Part shown: positions 26,961-35,799 of the stretch, in pieces
Layout of the letters: each line of letters starts with the position of its first letter
Position numbering within the stretch: the first letter of the stretch is position 1
Assembly: GCA_905236715.1 (NCBI GenBank)
Contig: CAJOMQ010000007.1
Coordinates: forward strand, 3,254-67,253
DNA length: 64,000 nucleotides
Source of the DNA: an uncultured Bacilli bacterium
GTDB lineage: Bacteria > Bacillota_I > Bacilli_A > RFN20 > CAG-826
Reading direction: 5' to 3'
Notes under the pieces: generated by a model
Told to the model about the DNA's origin: nothing
What the model saw: only the letters and a program-made list of their open reading frames with translations
Databases searched by the model: none
Translations under genes and position numbers: made by a program

Positions 26961-27648
26961 AAATAATCTTCTTAGCGAATTAAAATTACGTGATATTGCT
27001 ATTAGTGATAAACAAATTGATCAGCTTTATTTCTTGATGCAAAAGACCTTAGAAACCAATGAAAAATTTAACCTCACTTCGATAACAAATGAGGAAAGTT
27101 TTTTAGAGAAAATGATCTTTGATTCCGCGATTAGTTTACAAGAATTAGATTTGACTGATAAAAAGGTCATCGATGTAGGTACTGGTGCTGGTTTTCCAGG
27201 CCTAGTTCTTTATATCTTAAATCCATCAATGCATTTGACTTTATTAGATTCCACACAAAAGAAAATTGATTACTTAAGTTCTTTTGTGAAAGAAAATAAT
27301 TTTGACATCGAATGTCTTTGCTCACGCGGTGAAGAATTAAAACGCCCCGAATATTTTGACTATGCTTTCGCTAGAGCGGTGGCGCCTTTGAATATTCTTT
27401 TAGAAATAATTGTTCCCTTATTAAAAGTGGGAGGAACTTTTATCGCCTTAAAAGGTCCAGGCTTTGAAAAAGAAATTAATGAAAGCGCTAATGCATTTAA
27501 AAAATTAAATTGTTCCTTAACAAAAATCGTGGAAGATGAGCTTCCTGAAAGTAAGGAAAAGCGCTACATGATTTATATTAAAAAAGATAAAAGCACAAAT
27601 AAAAAATATCCCCGCCCCTATGCAGAGATGAAAAAATTGCCTTTATAA
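26953..27648 (+). CDS. rsmG: 16S rRNA (guanine527-N7)-methyltransferase RsmG (GidB)
   Basis: The SAM motif is DVGTGAGFPGL. The gene lies immediately downstream of mnmG, which is the conserved pairing. Confidence 0.9.
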   Translation: MNKNNLLSELKLRDIAISDKQIDQLYFLMQKTLETNEKFNLTSITNEESFLEKMIFDSAISLQELDLTDKKVIDVGTGAGFPGLVLYILNPSMHLTLLDSTQKKIDYLSSFVKENNFDIECLCSRGEELKRPEYFDYAFARAVAPLNILLEIIVPLLKVGGTFIALKGPGFEKEINESANAFKKLNCSLTKIVEDELPESKEKRYMIYIKKDKSTNKKYPRPYAEMKKLPL

Positions 27649-27671
27649 AATAAGTGCAATATAATAAAAGC

Positions 27672-27779
27672 ACTTCAGGGTGACGAGAATTACGTCAACT
27701 GGCGGTATAGCCCGCGAGCTTATCAAAGCATGATTAGGTGAAATTCCTAAGCCAACGGTAAAGTCCGGATAGCAGAAGT
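27672..27779 (+). promoter_or_regulatory. FMN riboswitch (RFN element) aptamer
   Basis: The conserved blocks are CUUCAGGG...CGGCGGUAUAGCCCGCGAGC...GAUUAGGUGAAAUUCCUAAGCCAACGGUAAAGUCCGGAUAGCAGAAG. P1 is formed by ACUUC/GAAGU. It lies upstream of a RibU-like transporter gene. Confidence 0.9.
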
Positions 27780-27793
27780 TAATTGCTATTTAT

Positions 27794-27822
27794 AATCCCA
27801 CCTGAAGCATGGAGGGATTTTT
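27794..27822 (+). terminator. Riboswitch expression platform: terminator hairpin that also contains the RBS
   Basis: The stem is AATCCCACC / GGAGGGATT with one mismatch, followed by TTTTTATT. The GGAGGGA Shine-Dalgarno of the downstream gene lies in the 3' arm. Confidence 0.7.
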
Positions 27823-27825
27823 ATT

Positions 27826-28599
27826 ATGAGTTCAGCTGATTTTCAACAATTTATGAGTTGGTTTAAGTGGGTGCTGATGGGTATCCTTCTGCTCATTGTT
27901 GTCGGTTTAATTATTTTCTCAATTTTTAATTACAAAAAGAAAAATATTAATACCGTCAAATTTATCGCGGTGACTGGCATATTCGGAGCTTTAGCCACCA
28001 TCTTGTATGTTGTGGTACCTGATTTTGGTTTAGGTTTTACGCCACCCTGGTTAAAAGTTCATTTAGATGAAATACCCATCTTTTTAGTGGGATACATGTA
28101 TGGACCTTTATCCGCCATCATTGTTACTTTAATTAAAACGTTAGTGAAACTACCCATGACATCCACCGCGTGTGTGGGAGAAATTGGTGATTTCTTCTTC
28201 ACCTTAGTGTTTGTTTTACCCGCCATTATCATTTATGAAAAAAGAAGAAAAATTTCTTCCGTTTTTATCGGTATGGGAGTATCTAGCACTCTTCAAGTCA
28301 TCTTTGCGATGATCATGAATATTTATGTGATGATTCCTTTCTATTCCACTTTATATAATTTGCCATTAGAAGCATTAGAGGGAATGTGTTCCAAAATTAT
28401 TCCTGCCGTCAGTGGAGAAAATTGGGTATACATGTATGCTGTTTGCATGGTCTTACCGATGAATGTTATCAAAGATAGTATTGTCTTTGCGGTCGTCCTA
28501 CTAATTTATAAACGACTACATATACTTATCGATAAAATTGGTCGCAAGAATGAAAAGATAGAAGAAAAAGCCGAACCATCGGCTTCTAGAGAGAATTAA
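27826..28599 (+). CDS. ribU: ECF-transporter S component, riboflavin-specific (RibU-like), with an extra N-terminal TM helix
   Basis: The protein is polytopic and follows an FMN riboswitch directly. At 257 aa it is longer than the usual ~190 aa, because of an additional N-terminal hydrophobic segment. Confidence 0.7.
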   Translation: MSSADFQQFMSWFKWVLMGILLLIVVGLIIFSIFNYKKKNINTVKFIAVTGIFGALATILYVVVPDFGLGFTPPWLKVHLDEIPIFLVGYMYGPLSAIIVTLIKTLVKLPMTSTACVGEIGDFFFTLVFVLPAIIIYEKRRKISSVFIGMGVSSTLQVIFAMIMNIYVMIPFYSTLYNLPLEALEGMCSKIIPAVSGENWVYMYAVCMVLPMNVIKDSIVFAVVLLIYKRLHILIDKIGRKNEKIEEKAEPSASREN

Positions 28600-28626
28600 A
28601 AAAACCGGGGTGACCCGGCTTTTCTA
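28598..28626. terminator. Bidirectional terminator between the ribU-like gene and the ferredoxin gene
   Basis: The hairpin is CCGGG-GTGA-CCCGG, flanked by A7 on the left and T-rich sequence on the right. Confidence 0.65.
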
Positions 28627-28631
28627 TATTT

Positions 28632-28811
28632 TTATTCCTCTACGGAAATTGCACCAACAGGGCAGACACTGACGGCGTCTTCGTCGCCTTCACCAGTAAC
28701 AGGTTCCGCTAAACCGGCATCTCCAATTTGGAAATCATCAGGATATGTGCCAGCGCAAGCGCCACAACCGATACATAAGCTTTGGTCGACTCTAACTTTC
28801 TTTTTGTCCAT
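28632..28811 (-). CDS. Small ferredoxin
   Basis: The cluster ligands are CIGCGACAGTYP....CPVGAI. I moved the start to M11 (ATG 28811), which has AGGAG 8 nt upstream, giving 59 aa. Confidence 0.85.
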   Translation of the reverse strand: MDKKKVRVDQSLCIGCGACAGTYPDDFQIGDAGLAEPVTGEGDEDAVSVCPVGAISVEE

Positions 28812-28998
28812 CGAAAATTCTCCTTTTGTTTGGTGTTTCAATTATAGCCGAAATAAGCCATACAAATAAAGAGAAAAATGTGATTAATTGCTAAAGAAAA
28901 AAGTTAGTCATAACTAATTTAATACTTCTTTTCCGTGACAAATTTTTTACATTTTATTCTATGAATATATTTCTAATTCTTTTAGAATAGAAAATGAT

Positions 28999-29286
28999 AT
29001 GAGCGAGACAAGAATTGAGAAATATAAAGACTATCGGGCATCCATTTTAACGGATGATACACCCGTTATTGATAATGCTAATAATAGCCCATCTCATCAT
29101 TCCTCTGTGACGACTTCTACCTTACCAATGGATGAGGTTATTCAAGCTCTTGATAACGGCAGTAAAGAAGAAATATTTTTGCGGAAAAATCGCCGTAAAA
29201 AGATTATTTCTTATAGCGTTATTATCGGATTAGTTATATTAGTTATCGTGGCCTTTGTGGTCTTTGGTATTATTCTTTTTAAATAA
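28999..29286 (+). CDS. Small C-terminally membrane-anchored protein, unknown function
   Basis: A single C-terminal TM helix is present (ISYSVIIGLVILVIVAFVVFGIILF). The gene lies upstream of cmk. Confidence 0.45.
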   Translation: MSETRIEKYKDYRASILTDDTPVIDNANNSPSHHSSVTTSTLPMDEVIQALDNGSKEEIFLRKNRRKKIISYSVIIGLVILVIVAFVVFGIILFK

Positions 29287-29298
29287 GGAGAGCAAAAA

Positions 29299-29973
29299 AT
29301 GAAAATCGCTGTTGCAATCGATGGACCAGCCGCTGCTGGCAAATCAACCGTGGCCAAAAAGGTCGCCGAAATTAAAGGTTATACTTATATCGATACAGGA
29401 GCTATGTATCGTGCTTTCACTTGGTATTGTTTGCAAAAAGGTGTTGATTGCCAAGATGAAAAAGCTTGCTGCGATTTAATTCCCGAAGTGAATATTGAAT
29501 TAAGACCTGATCGTGTTGTTTTATGTAACGGCATTGATGTTTCTAAGCCCATTAGAGAAAGTTTAGTTTCCTCTAACGTTTCCTATATTGCTTCTTATAA
29601 AGACATTCGTTTATTCCTGGTTGAACAACAAAGAAAAATGGCGGAAAAAGATTCTGTCATCATGGATGGTCGTGATATTGGTACTTATGTCTTACCGAAT
29701 GCGGAAGTGAAAATTTATCAAATTGCTAGTGTGGAAACACGCGCAATCCGCCGCTATGAAGAAAATATTGGAAAAGGCATGGAGTGCACCTTAGAAGAAA
29801 TTGAAGAAGATGTGAGAAGAAGAGATTACATCGATTCACATCGTGATTTTGCTCCCTTAAAACCCGCTCCCGATTCTGTTTTATTAGATACATCATTTAT
29901 GAATGTCGATGAAGTAGTGGCAGCGGTTATTGAAATCATTGATAAGAAATTAGCGGAGAAAGAAAATGCCTAA
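29299..29973 (+). CDS. cmk: Cytidylate kinase
   Basis: The P-loop is IAIDGPAAAGKST and DTGAMYR is present. Confidence 0.93.
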   Translation: MKIAVAIDGPAAAGKSTVAKKVAEIKGYTYIDTGAMYRAFTWYCLQKGVDCQDEKACCDLIPEVNIELRPDRVVLCNGIDVSKPIRESLVSSNVSYIASYKDIRLFLVEQQRKMAEKDSVIMDGRDIGTYVLPNAEVKIYQIASVETRAIRRYEENIGKGMECTLEEIEEDVRRRDYIDSHRDFAPLKPAPDSVLLDTSFMNVDEVVAAVIEIIDKKLAEKENA

Positions 29974-31276
29974 TGGTGTTGTCGCAATCATTGGTTCCCC
30001 AAATGTTGGTAAATCCACCATCTTCAATCGAATGATTGGCCAACGTCATGCTATTGTTGACGATGAAGCTGGTATTACCCGTGATAGACTTTATGCCAAA
30101 TGCGAATGGCTAGGGCATAAATTTTTTCTCATTGATACCGGTGGTATTGAAATAGCTAACCGCCCCTTCCAAGAACAAATTCGCACGCAAGTCGAAATTG
30201 CCATCGAAGAAGCGGATGTCATTGTCTTTGTTGTTGATGGAAAAGTGGGAATCACCGCGGATGATCGTATGGTCTCCCGCATGTTATATAAAATCGATAA
30301 ACCCATCATTTTAGCGGTCAATAAAATTGATGAAGGTTCTCATGTCGCGGATGCGCAAGAATTTTACGCTCTCGGATTAGGGGAACCGCATGTGGTTTCT
30401 GGTTCTCATGGTATCGGTATTGGCGATATTTTAAATGAAATTGTCGAACATTTACCAAATGGCGAAGACACCATCGATGAAGAAACCATTACTTTTTGTA
30501 TGGTAGGAAGACCAAATGTTGGTAAATCCTCATTAGTGAATGCTTTATTGAATATTGATCGTGTTATTGTCAGTGATATTTCTGGAACCACCCGTGATTC
30601 CATTGACACACCCTTTGTGAAAGATGGACAAAATTATGTCGTTATTGATACGGCCGGTTTAAAAAAGAAGGGCAAAATATACGAATCAATTGATAAATAT
30701 TCCGCGATTCGTGCGCTAAAAGCAATTGAAAGAAGTGAAATTGTTCTCCTTGTTTTAGATGGAAAAGAAGGTATCACCGAACAGGATAAACATGTTATTC
30801 AATACGCAACGGATTTACATAAAGCGATTATCATCGTCGTTAATAAATACGACTTAGTGGATAAACAAGAAACACAAATTAGTGAGATGAGTAAATGGAT
30901 CAGACAAGAATATAAATTCTTAGATTACGCACCCATTTGTTTTGTTTCGGCATTAAAAAAGCAAAGAATCGACACTATTTTTTCAACTTTGCAACAAGTT
31001 CATGAGGCCTATCATACACGTATTAAAACCAGTTTATTAAATGAAGTAATCCAAGATGCCCAAGTGATGAATCAAGCCCCCGATTTTAATGGAGGCCGTT
31101 TGAAAATCATGTATGCTTCCCAAGTAGCCACTGCGCCTCCGACGATTGTTTTATTTGTCAACAATCCGGAATTTATGCATTTTTCCTATCAGAGATATAT
31201 TGAAAATAGATTGAGAGAAACATTTAATTTTGAAGGTACCCCAATAAACATTCAACTACGCATGCGGAAAAGATAA
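29966..31276 (+). CDS. der: Ribosome-associated GTPase Der (EngA)
   Basis: Two tandem G domains are present (GSPNVGKST, GRPNVGKSS) together with a KH-like C-terminus. Confidence 0.95.
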   Translation: MPNGVVAIIGSPNVGKSTIFNRMIGQRHAIVDDEAGITRDRLYAKCEWLGHKFFLIDTGGIEIANRPFQEQIRTQVEIAIEEADVIVFVVDGKVGITADDRMVSRMLYKIDKPIILAVNKIDEGSHVADAQEFYALGLGEPHVVSGSHGIGIGDILNEIVEHLPNGEDTIDEETITFCMVGRPNVGKSSLVNALLNIDRVIVSDISGTTRDSIDTPFVKDGQNYVVIDTAGLKKKGKIYESIDKYSAIRALKAIERSEIVLLVLDGKEGITEQDKHVIQYATDLHKAIIIVVNKYDLVDKQETQISEMSKWIRQEYKFLDYAPICFVSALKKQRIDTIFSTLQQVHEAYHTRIKTSLLNEVIQDAQVMNQAPDFNGGRLKIMYASQVATAPPTIVLFVNNPEFMHFSYQRYIENRLRETFNFEGTPINIQLRMRKR

Positions 31277-31354
31277 TTTTTATAACCAAAAGAAAATTTT
31301 ATTTATCACAAGTGTAGTTTAATGGTTATAATATAAAATGCTGGGGGAAAAGAA

Positions 31355-31639
31355 ATGAAAAAAATTAACAAACGCGACCTCGTTGAAGCGGTCGCTGAAA
31401 GGGCTCATCTATCGAAAAAAGAAGCTAGAGAAGCCTTGGATGTGTGTTTTGATCTAATCGAGGAATCTTTGCTCAAAGGCGAAGAAGTTAACATCACAAA
31501 TTTCGGTGTCTTTACACCTAAGACACGTGCTTCACGTGATGGTACCCACCCTAAAGAGCACACACGTATTAGAATCTCGGAAAGCAAATCTATCAGCTTC
31601 AGAGTTTCCAAATTTTTAAAAGCTAAACTAAATCAGTAA
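31355..31639 (+). CDS. hup: DNA-binding protein HU
   Basis: The protein is 94 aa. The motifs are KRDLVEAVAE....SKKEA and the arm region FGVF....RASR.G.HP. Confidence 0.9.
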   Translation: MKKINKRDLVEAVAERAHLSKKEAREALDVCFDLIEESLLKGEEVNITNFGVFTPKTRASRDGTHPKEHTRIRISESKSISFRVSKFLKAKLNQ

Positions 31640-31656
31640 AGAACTTTTAAGAAAAT

Positions 31657-31685
31657 GAGATAATCGTATGATTGTCTCTTTTTTT
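31657..31685 (+). terminator. Terminator after hup
   Basis: The 9-bp stem is GAGATAATC-GTAT-GATTGTCTC (one G-U pair), followed by T7. It covers the first ATG of track ORF 31668. Confidence 0.7.
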
Positions 31686-31700
31686 ATCTCCATATATAAT

Positions 31701-32390
31701 ATGAATATGAATAACAATTTAGAAAAATTCCAGAATCTATCGAAACTATTTGTGGGAAATGGTTTTTTCTTATGCCTCGTTGGAGGAACAGTAAGAGATT
31801 ATCTATTAGGGGAAGAATTAACCGATATGGATGCGGTTACTGACGCCACACCAGAAGAGATGAAAGAATTCCTTCCTGACGCGGATTTTCATTTTGCCAA
31901 ATACGGTTCTATTAGATATTTATACGAACAATTGAAATTCGATATTACCACTTTAAGGGTGGAAAATAATTACGCTGATTCTCGTCATCCGAGCAATGTG
32001 CAATTTGTTAAGAATCTATCGGAAGATGTCAAAAGAAGAGACTTCACAATTAATGGGTTATATTTGAATAGTAGTTTAGAGATTGTTGATTATGTTGGTG
32101 GGCAAAATGACTTAAAAAACCACCTCATAAAATGTATTGGTGACCCCGATAAAAGAATAAAGGAAGACCCATTAAGAATTATTCGCGCGATTCGCTTTGC
32201 TATCGATTTTGATTTTCAAATTGAGGATTCATTGGAGCAAGCGATTTTCGATAATGTTTATTTATTAAAAAATTTAAATATCGAAAAAATCAAACAAGAT
32301 TTACATAAAATCAAATGCCGAGATAAAACGAAAATAAAAGCAATTTTAAATAAATTTAATATCGCTTATCTTTATGATGTGATAGAGTAA
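31701..32390 (+). CDS. Short poly(A) polymerase/CCA-adding-family nucleotidyltransferase (head and neck only, 229 aa)
   Basis: The motifs are LVGGTVRDYLLG, DMD and RRDFTIN. I moved the start to ATG 31701, downstream of the hup terminator. Confidence 0.65.
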   Translation: MNMNNNLEKFQNLSKLFVGNGFFLCLVGGTVRDYLLGEELTDMDAVTDATPEEMKEFLPDADFHFAKYGSIRYLYEQLKFDITTLRVENNYADSRHPSNVQFVKNLSEDVKRRDFTINGLYLNSSLEIVDYVGGQNDLKNHLIKCIGDPDKRIKEDPLRIIRAIRFAIDFDFQIEDSLEQAIFDNVYLLKNLNIEKIKQDLHKIKCRDKTKIKAILNKFNIAYLYDVIE

Positions 32391-32397
32391 TATAACA

Positions 32398-33048
32398 ATG
32401 GTTACCGAAGGTTTAGATTTTACATTCTTATTATTAGAAAATTATAAGAAATTAAAAATTAGTGAAGTGGAATTAGCCACGATTTTTGTCATCCGTCATT
32501 TTATTGACCACGGCAATCCCTTTGTGACCGCGGATTTGTTGTCCTTAAAGATGTCTTTACACGTCAAAGAAATCGATAAAATTCTCGCTGATTTATTAGA
32601 AAAAGGTTTTATTGAATATACCACCGCGGGACAAAAAACCGTCACCACCTTAAAACCATTAGAAGAAAAATTATATCGTGAATATCAATTAACGGTTTCC
32701 AAAGAACAAAAAATTGAATCCTCAAAAACTGCAAAAGAAGAAATCGCTAATATTTATGGTCAATTTGAAAAATTATTAGCGAGGCCCTTATCCCAAGCTG
32801 AATTAGCTCGTATTAGAGAATGGGTGTCTAATGGCTTTAGTGATGAACAAATTGTCAACGCATTAAAAGAAGCCTTAACCAAAGGAAAAAAATCTCTTCG
32901 ATCTGTTGATAAAATTTTAATGAGCTGGGAAGCCAGAGACGACATCGAACGTGATGGTATGACCTCTATCAGCGAAGACTGGGATAAAAATTTAGAAGAA
33001 ACAATTAGAATAGCCAAAACTCCCTGGATTGATTCTAAAGATGAATAA
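32398..33048 (+). CDS. dnaD: DnaD-domain replication initiation/remodelling protein
   Basis: The C-terminal DnaD/DnaB_2 domain reads RPLSQAELARIREWVSNGFSDEQIVNALKEAL. It is adjacent to nth, as in Bacillus. Confidence 0.7.
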   Translation: MVTEGLDFTFLLLENYKKLKISEVELATIFVIRHFIDHGNPFVTADLLSLKMSLHVKEIDKILADLLEKGFIEYTTAGQKTVTTLKPLEEKLYREYQLTVSKEQKIESSKTAKEEIANIYGQFEKLLARPLSQAELARIREWVSNGFSDEQIVNALKEALTKGKKSLRSVDKILMSWEARDDIERDGMTSISEDWDKNLEETIRIAKTPWIDSKDE

Positions 33049-33661
33049 TAAAATCACCGCAATATCCACTTTTTTGGATGAAACATATCCCCATGTCGGA
33101 TGTGAACTTTATTATGAAAAAGATTATGAATTAGTGATCGCTGTGATGCTTTCCGCCCAAACTAGTGATAACGCGGTTAATGCAGTGACTAAGACATTGT
33201 TTTCCCGTTATGATTCATTAACCAAATTAGCGGAAGCCCAATTAGAAGATATTGAACATATTATCCATTCCATTGGTTTATATAAAAATAAAGCCAAGAA
33301 TGTTATTGGTATTGCCAAAACCTTATTAGTGGATTATCAAGGGAAAATACCATCCGATAAAATGGAATTACAAAAATTACCTGGTGTTGGTAATAAAACC
33401 GCTGGTGTTATACGCGCGGAAATATTCAAGATTCCCGATTTACCTGTGGATACCCATATTCTTCGTATTTCCAAAAGATTGTCGCTATCTAAAGAAAATG
33501 ACACCCCTTTAGAAGTGGAACAAAAATTAAAAAAGATCTTTCCCCAATCTTGCTGGATTAAGATCCATCATCAATTAATTCATTTTGGTCGCGATATTTG
33601 TTTAGCCCGTAACCCACAGTGCCAACGCTGCAAATTGCAGGGGTTTTGCAAGAAAAAATAA
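33029..33661 (+). CDS. nth: Endonuclease III
   Basis: The HhH-GPD motif is LPGVGNKTA. LSAQTSD is present, and the C-terminal 4Fe-4S cluster is C-x6-C-x2-C-x5-C. Confidence 0.92.
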   Translation: MILKMNNKITAISTFLDETYPHVGCELYYEKDYELVIAVMLSAQTSDNAVNAVTKTLFSRYDSLTKLAEAQLEDIEHIIHSIGLYKNKAKNVIGIAKTLLVDYQGKIPSDKMELQKLPGVGNKTAGVIRAEIFKIPDLPVDTHILRISKRLSLSKENDTPLEVEQKLKKIFPQSCWIKIHHQLIHFGRDICLARNPQCQRCKLQGFCKKK

Positions 33662-34264
33662 TTATTGGAAATATTTTTCTTCTACGGCATCTAAATAGAA
33701 TAGACGAGGCGCAAAGCCTTGTTTTATTTCTATTCCATCTTTTAAGAACACGTCATAAGGAATGGATTTTCTTTCGCCATTTTCATAATAATTAATCACA
33801 TAAGAAGCATCTAATAAAAACACTTGGTTATGAGCCTGAAATTGAATAATAAAAAAGGCAATTCCCCCGTGTTTTAACACTTTTTTGAGGTGTTCAATTT
33901 GATGTTTTTCAATATTATTTAAAGGAAAAGAAGTCTTGCTCTTGGTGTTCTTGGCTTCAAAATCAAGATATCTTCCTTTATAGACACCGTTATAGTCAGT
34001 CGTGGATTGTTTTTCAAAATAGGCATCAGTGATTCTAGCACCATGAGAATAATCAACTTTGACAATATTAATTGGTGTGGGTCTTTTGGTAATTAAGGCA
34101 ATATCTTTATCGCGATAATATTCATTAGAAAGATTGATATCATTTTCTAAATCCATGCCACGATTAGAGGCGGATTTAGATAATTCCACTTTATCTTTTT
34201 TATGATTTCTCTGCGTGGTTTGACTGGGTTTATATACTTTCCCATTTGGATATCTAATCATCAA
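33662..34264 (-). CDS. recU: Holliday junction resolvase RecU
   Basis: The RecU motifs are NRGM.LE..IN, YLDFEAK and HQIEHL. Confidence 0.88.
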   Translation of the reverse strand: MMIRYPNGKVYKPSQTTQRNHKKDKVELSKSASNRGMDLENDINLSNEYYRDKDIALITKRPTPINIVKVDYSHGARITDAYFEKQSTTDYNGVYKGRYLDFEAKNTKSKTSFPLNNIEKHQIEHLKKVLKHGGIAFFIIQFQAHNQVFLLDASYVINYYENGERKSIPYDVFLKDGIEIKQGFAPRLFYLDAVEEKYFQ

Positions 34265-34992
34265 GAAAGATACTCCTTCAAACTGTTTTCAAATTCCTTC
34301 GCACTGACATCGCGTCCGCTTGCTAAATCAACAATCGTTTTCGCTACAGGTGATGGCAAATGGGAGTTTGGTTTTTGTAAGACTAATTTATATTGTTCTA
34401 AAACTAAATCTTTATTAGTTAAAAAAGCATCGTATATGTGCATGAGATTAATCGCATCCACACTGGGGTCATGTGCAATACCTGCTTCTTGAAGTCCAAA
34501 TAATTCACAATAATGGACAAGAGATAAAGGATTACCATGTTCATCTTTGATAAATTCTGAAATAAACGCGGAATAATCAAAATAATTCTTTTGGATTTGA
34601 CTACAAATTTCTTTTGGGAAACTCAAATTATAGGTAATGGTTTGCGATAAGATACGCATATCGTGGTTACCAAATGTCATGAAGGTACATTTCTTAAACG
34701 CTAATCCACAATATTTCTTTAATTCCATTAAGGCGGTAGTGAATGTGACGCCTTGCTCTCTGAGCATATCTTCGTTAATGCCAGTTAAATCGACAACATA
34801 TTTACCAATCTTGTTTTTAGCGCGTACATAGATTTTAAAAGGAGCCTTACTTTTCTTCACTCTTCCAGTACGTGGATCAAGCGTGGCTAAGACCGCACCG
34901 ATAGCGATCATTTCATGAGAAAATTGAGTCCCTTCAAAATCCATGAAGCAGATATATTTATGACCTTTTAATCCTTTTAATAGTTTTTTCAT
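34261..34992 (-). CDS. DEDDh-type 3'-5' exonuclease domain protein
   Basis: The Exo I motif is FMDFEGT and the Exo III-like motif is HDPSVDA. The gene overlaps the recU start by 4 nt. Confidence 0.6.
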   Translation of the reverse strand: MKKLLKGLKGHKYICFMDFEGTQFSHEMIAIGAVLATLDPRTGRVKKSKAPFKIYVRAKNKIGKYVVDLTGINEDMLREQGVTFTTALMELKKYCGLAFKKCTFMTFGNHDMRILSQTITYNLSFPKEICSQIQKNYFDYSAFISEFIKDEHGNPLSLVHYCELFGLQEAGIAHDPSVDAINLMHIYDAFLTNKDLVLEQYKLVLQKPNSHLPSPVAKTIVDLASGRDVSAKEFENSLKEYLS

Positions 34993-35085
34993 ATTTAATT
35001 AATTATAACATTGGGTGTCTTTTTTCAAAAGAAAAAAGATTGAAATTACCTCTTTACTACTATATTATAGAGAAGAGGTGTTTTG

Positions 35086-35448
35086 ATGGCAATAAAGCTT
35101 GTTCTAACTTCGAAAGAAATTTTACAAAAAGTTTTTCCGATTTCCCCCAAAGGTTATGATGCCTTTGAGGTTGATGAATATCTCGATCGTGTTTTAAAAG
35201 ATTATCAGACCATTGAAAATAATTGTTTAATGGAAACACGTGAAATCGAACAATTAAAAAAACGCATCGAAGAATTAGAAAAAGAAAATCAACAACTTTC
35301 CATCGAAAATTCCAAATACAAAAATCGTTTCGCTAATGTCAAAGAAGATGACAAAGTGAACGAAAATAACATTCACCTCATCAAAAAGATTAATGCCTAT
35401 GAAAAATTCCTTTGGAATCATGGCTTTAATCCCTCTACAATTAAATAA
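35086..35448 (+). CDS. gpsB: GpsB/DivIVA-domain protein
   Basis: The N-terminal DivIVA domain reads F....KGYDAFEVDEYLD.V..DY, followed by a coiled coil. ATG 35086 follows AGAGGTG. The gene lies next to rnpB, as in B. subtilis. Confidence 0.75.
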   Translation: MAIKLVLTSKEILQKVFPISPKGYDAFEVDEYLDRVLKDYQTIENNCLMETREIEQLKKRIEELEKENQQLSIENSKYKNRFANVKEDDKVNENNIHLIKKINAYEKFLWNHGFNPSTIK

Positions 35449-35449
35449 C

Positions 35450-35786
35450 ATCCGATCTGGATAATTGCTGCTTTATAGTAGAGGAAAGTCCATGCTCGCA
35501 CAGGCTGTGATGCCTGTAGTGATTGCGCTAGCGGAAAAAATAACGCTAGGCACGCAGGAGTGCGTGACGGCAGAGTAAGACCTAAAGGGAAACCCATGGT
35601 GGAGCTCTTGAAAGTGCCACAGTGACGAAGCTTTATAGAAATATAAAGGTGGAACGCGGTAAACCCCACAAGCGAGAAACCCAAATTTGGTAGGGGAAGT
35701 TGAAACTGGGAAACGAACTAGAATCAACAGGCTTAGCCTAGATAAATAATTATCCTAGACAAAACATGGCTTACAGGATCGGATAC
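35450..35786 (+). ncRNA. rnpB: RNase P RNA, type B
   Basis: The conserved blocks are GUAGAGGAAAGUCCAUGCUCGCAC, GUGCCACAGUGACGAAG, GGUGGAACGCGGUAAACCCC...GCGAGAAACCCAAAUUUGGUAGGGGAA and AACAUGGCUUACAG. P1 is formed by AUCCGAUC (35450-57) and GAUCGGAU (35777-84). Confidence 0.93.
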
Positions 35787-35799
35787 TCACTAAATCATT

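Noticed and set aside
35418-35727. Two minus-strand ORFs (88 aa and 84 aa) between gpsB and pgsA.
   Set aside because: The region is RNase P RNA on the + strand with all universal conserved blocks, so the ORFs are chance open frames through a structured RNA gene.
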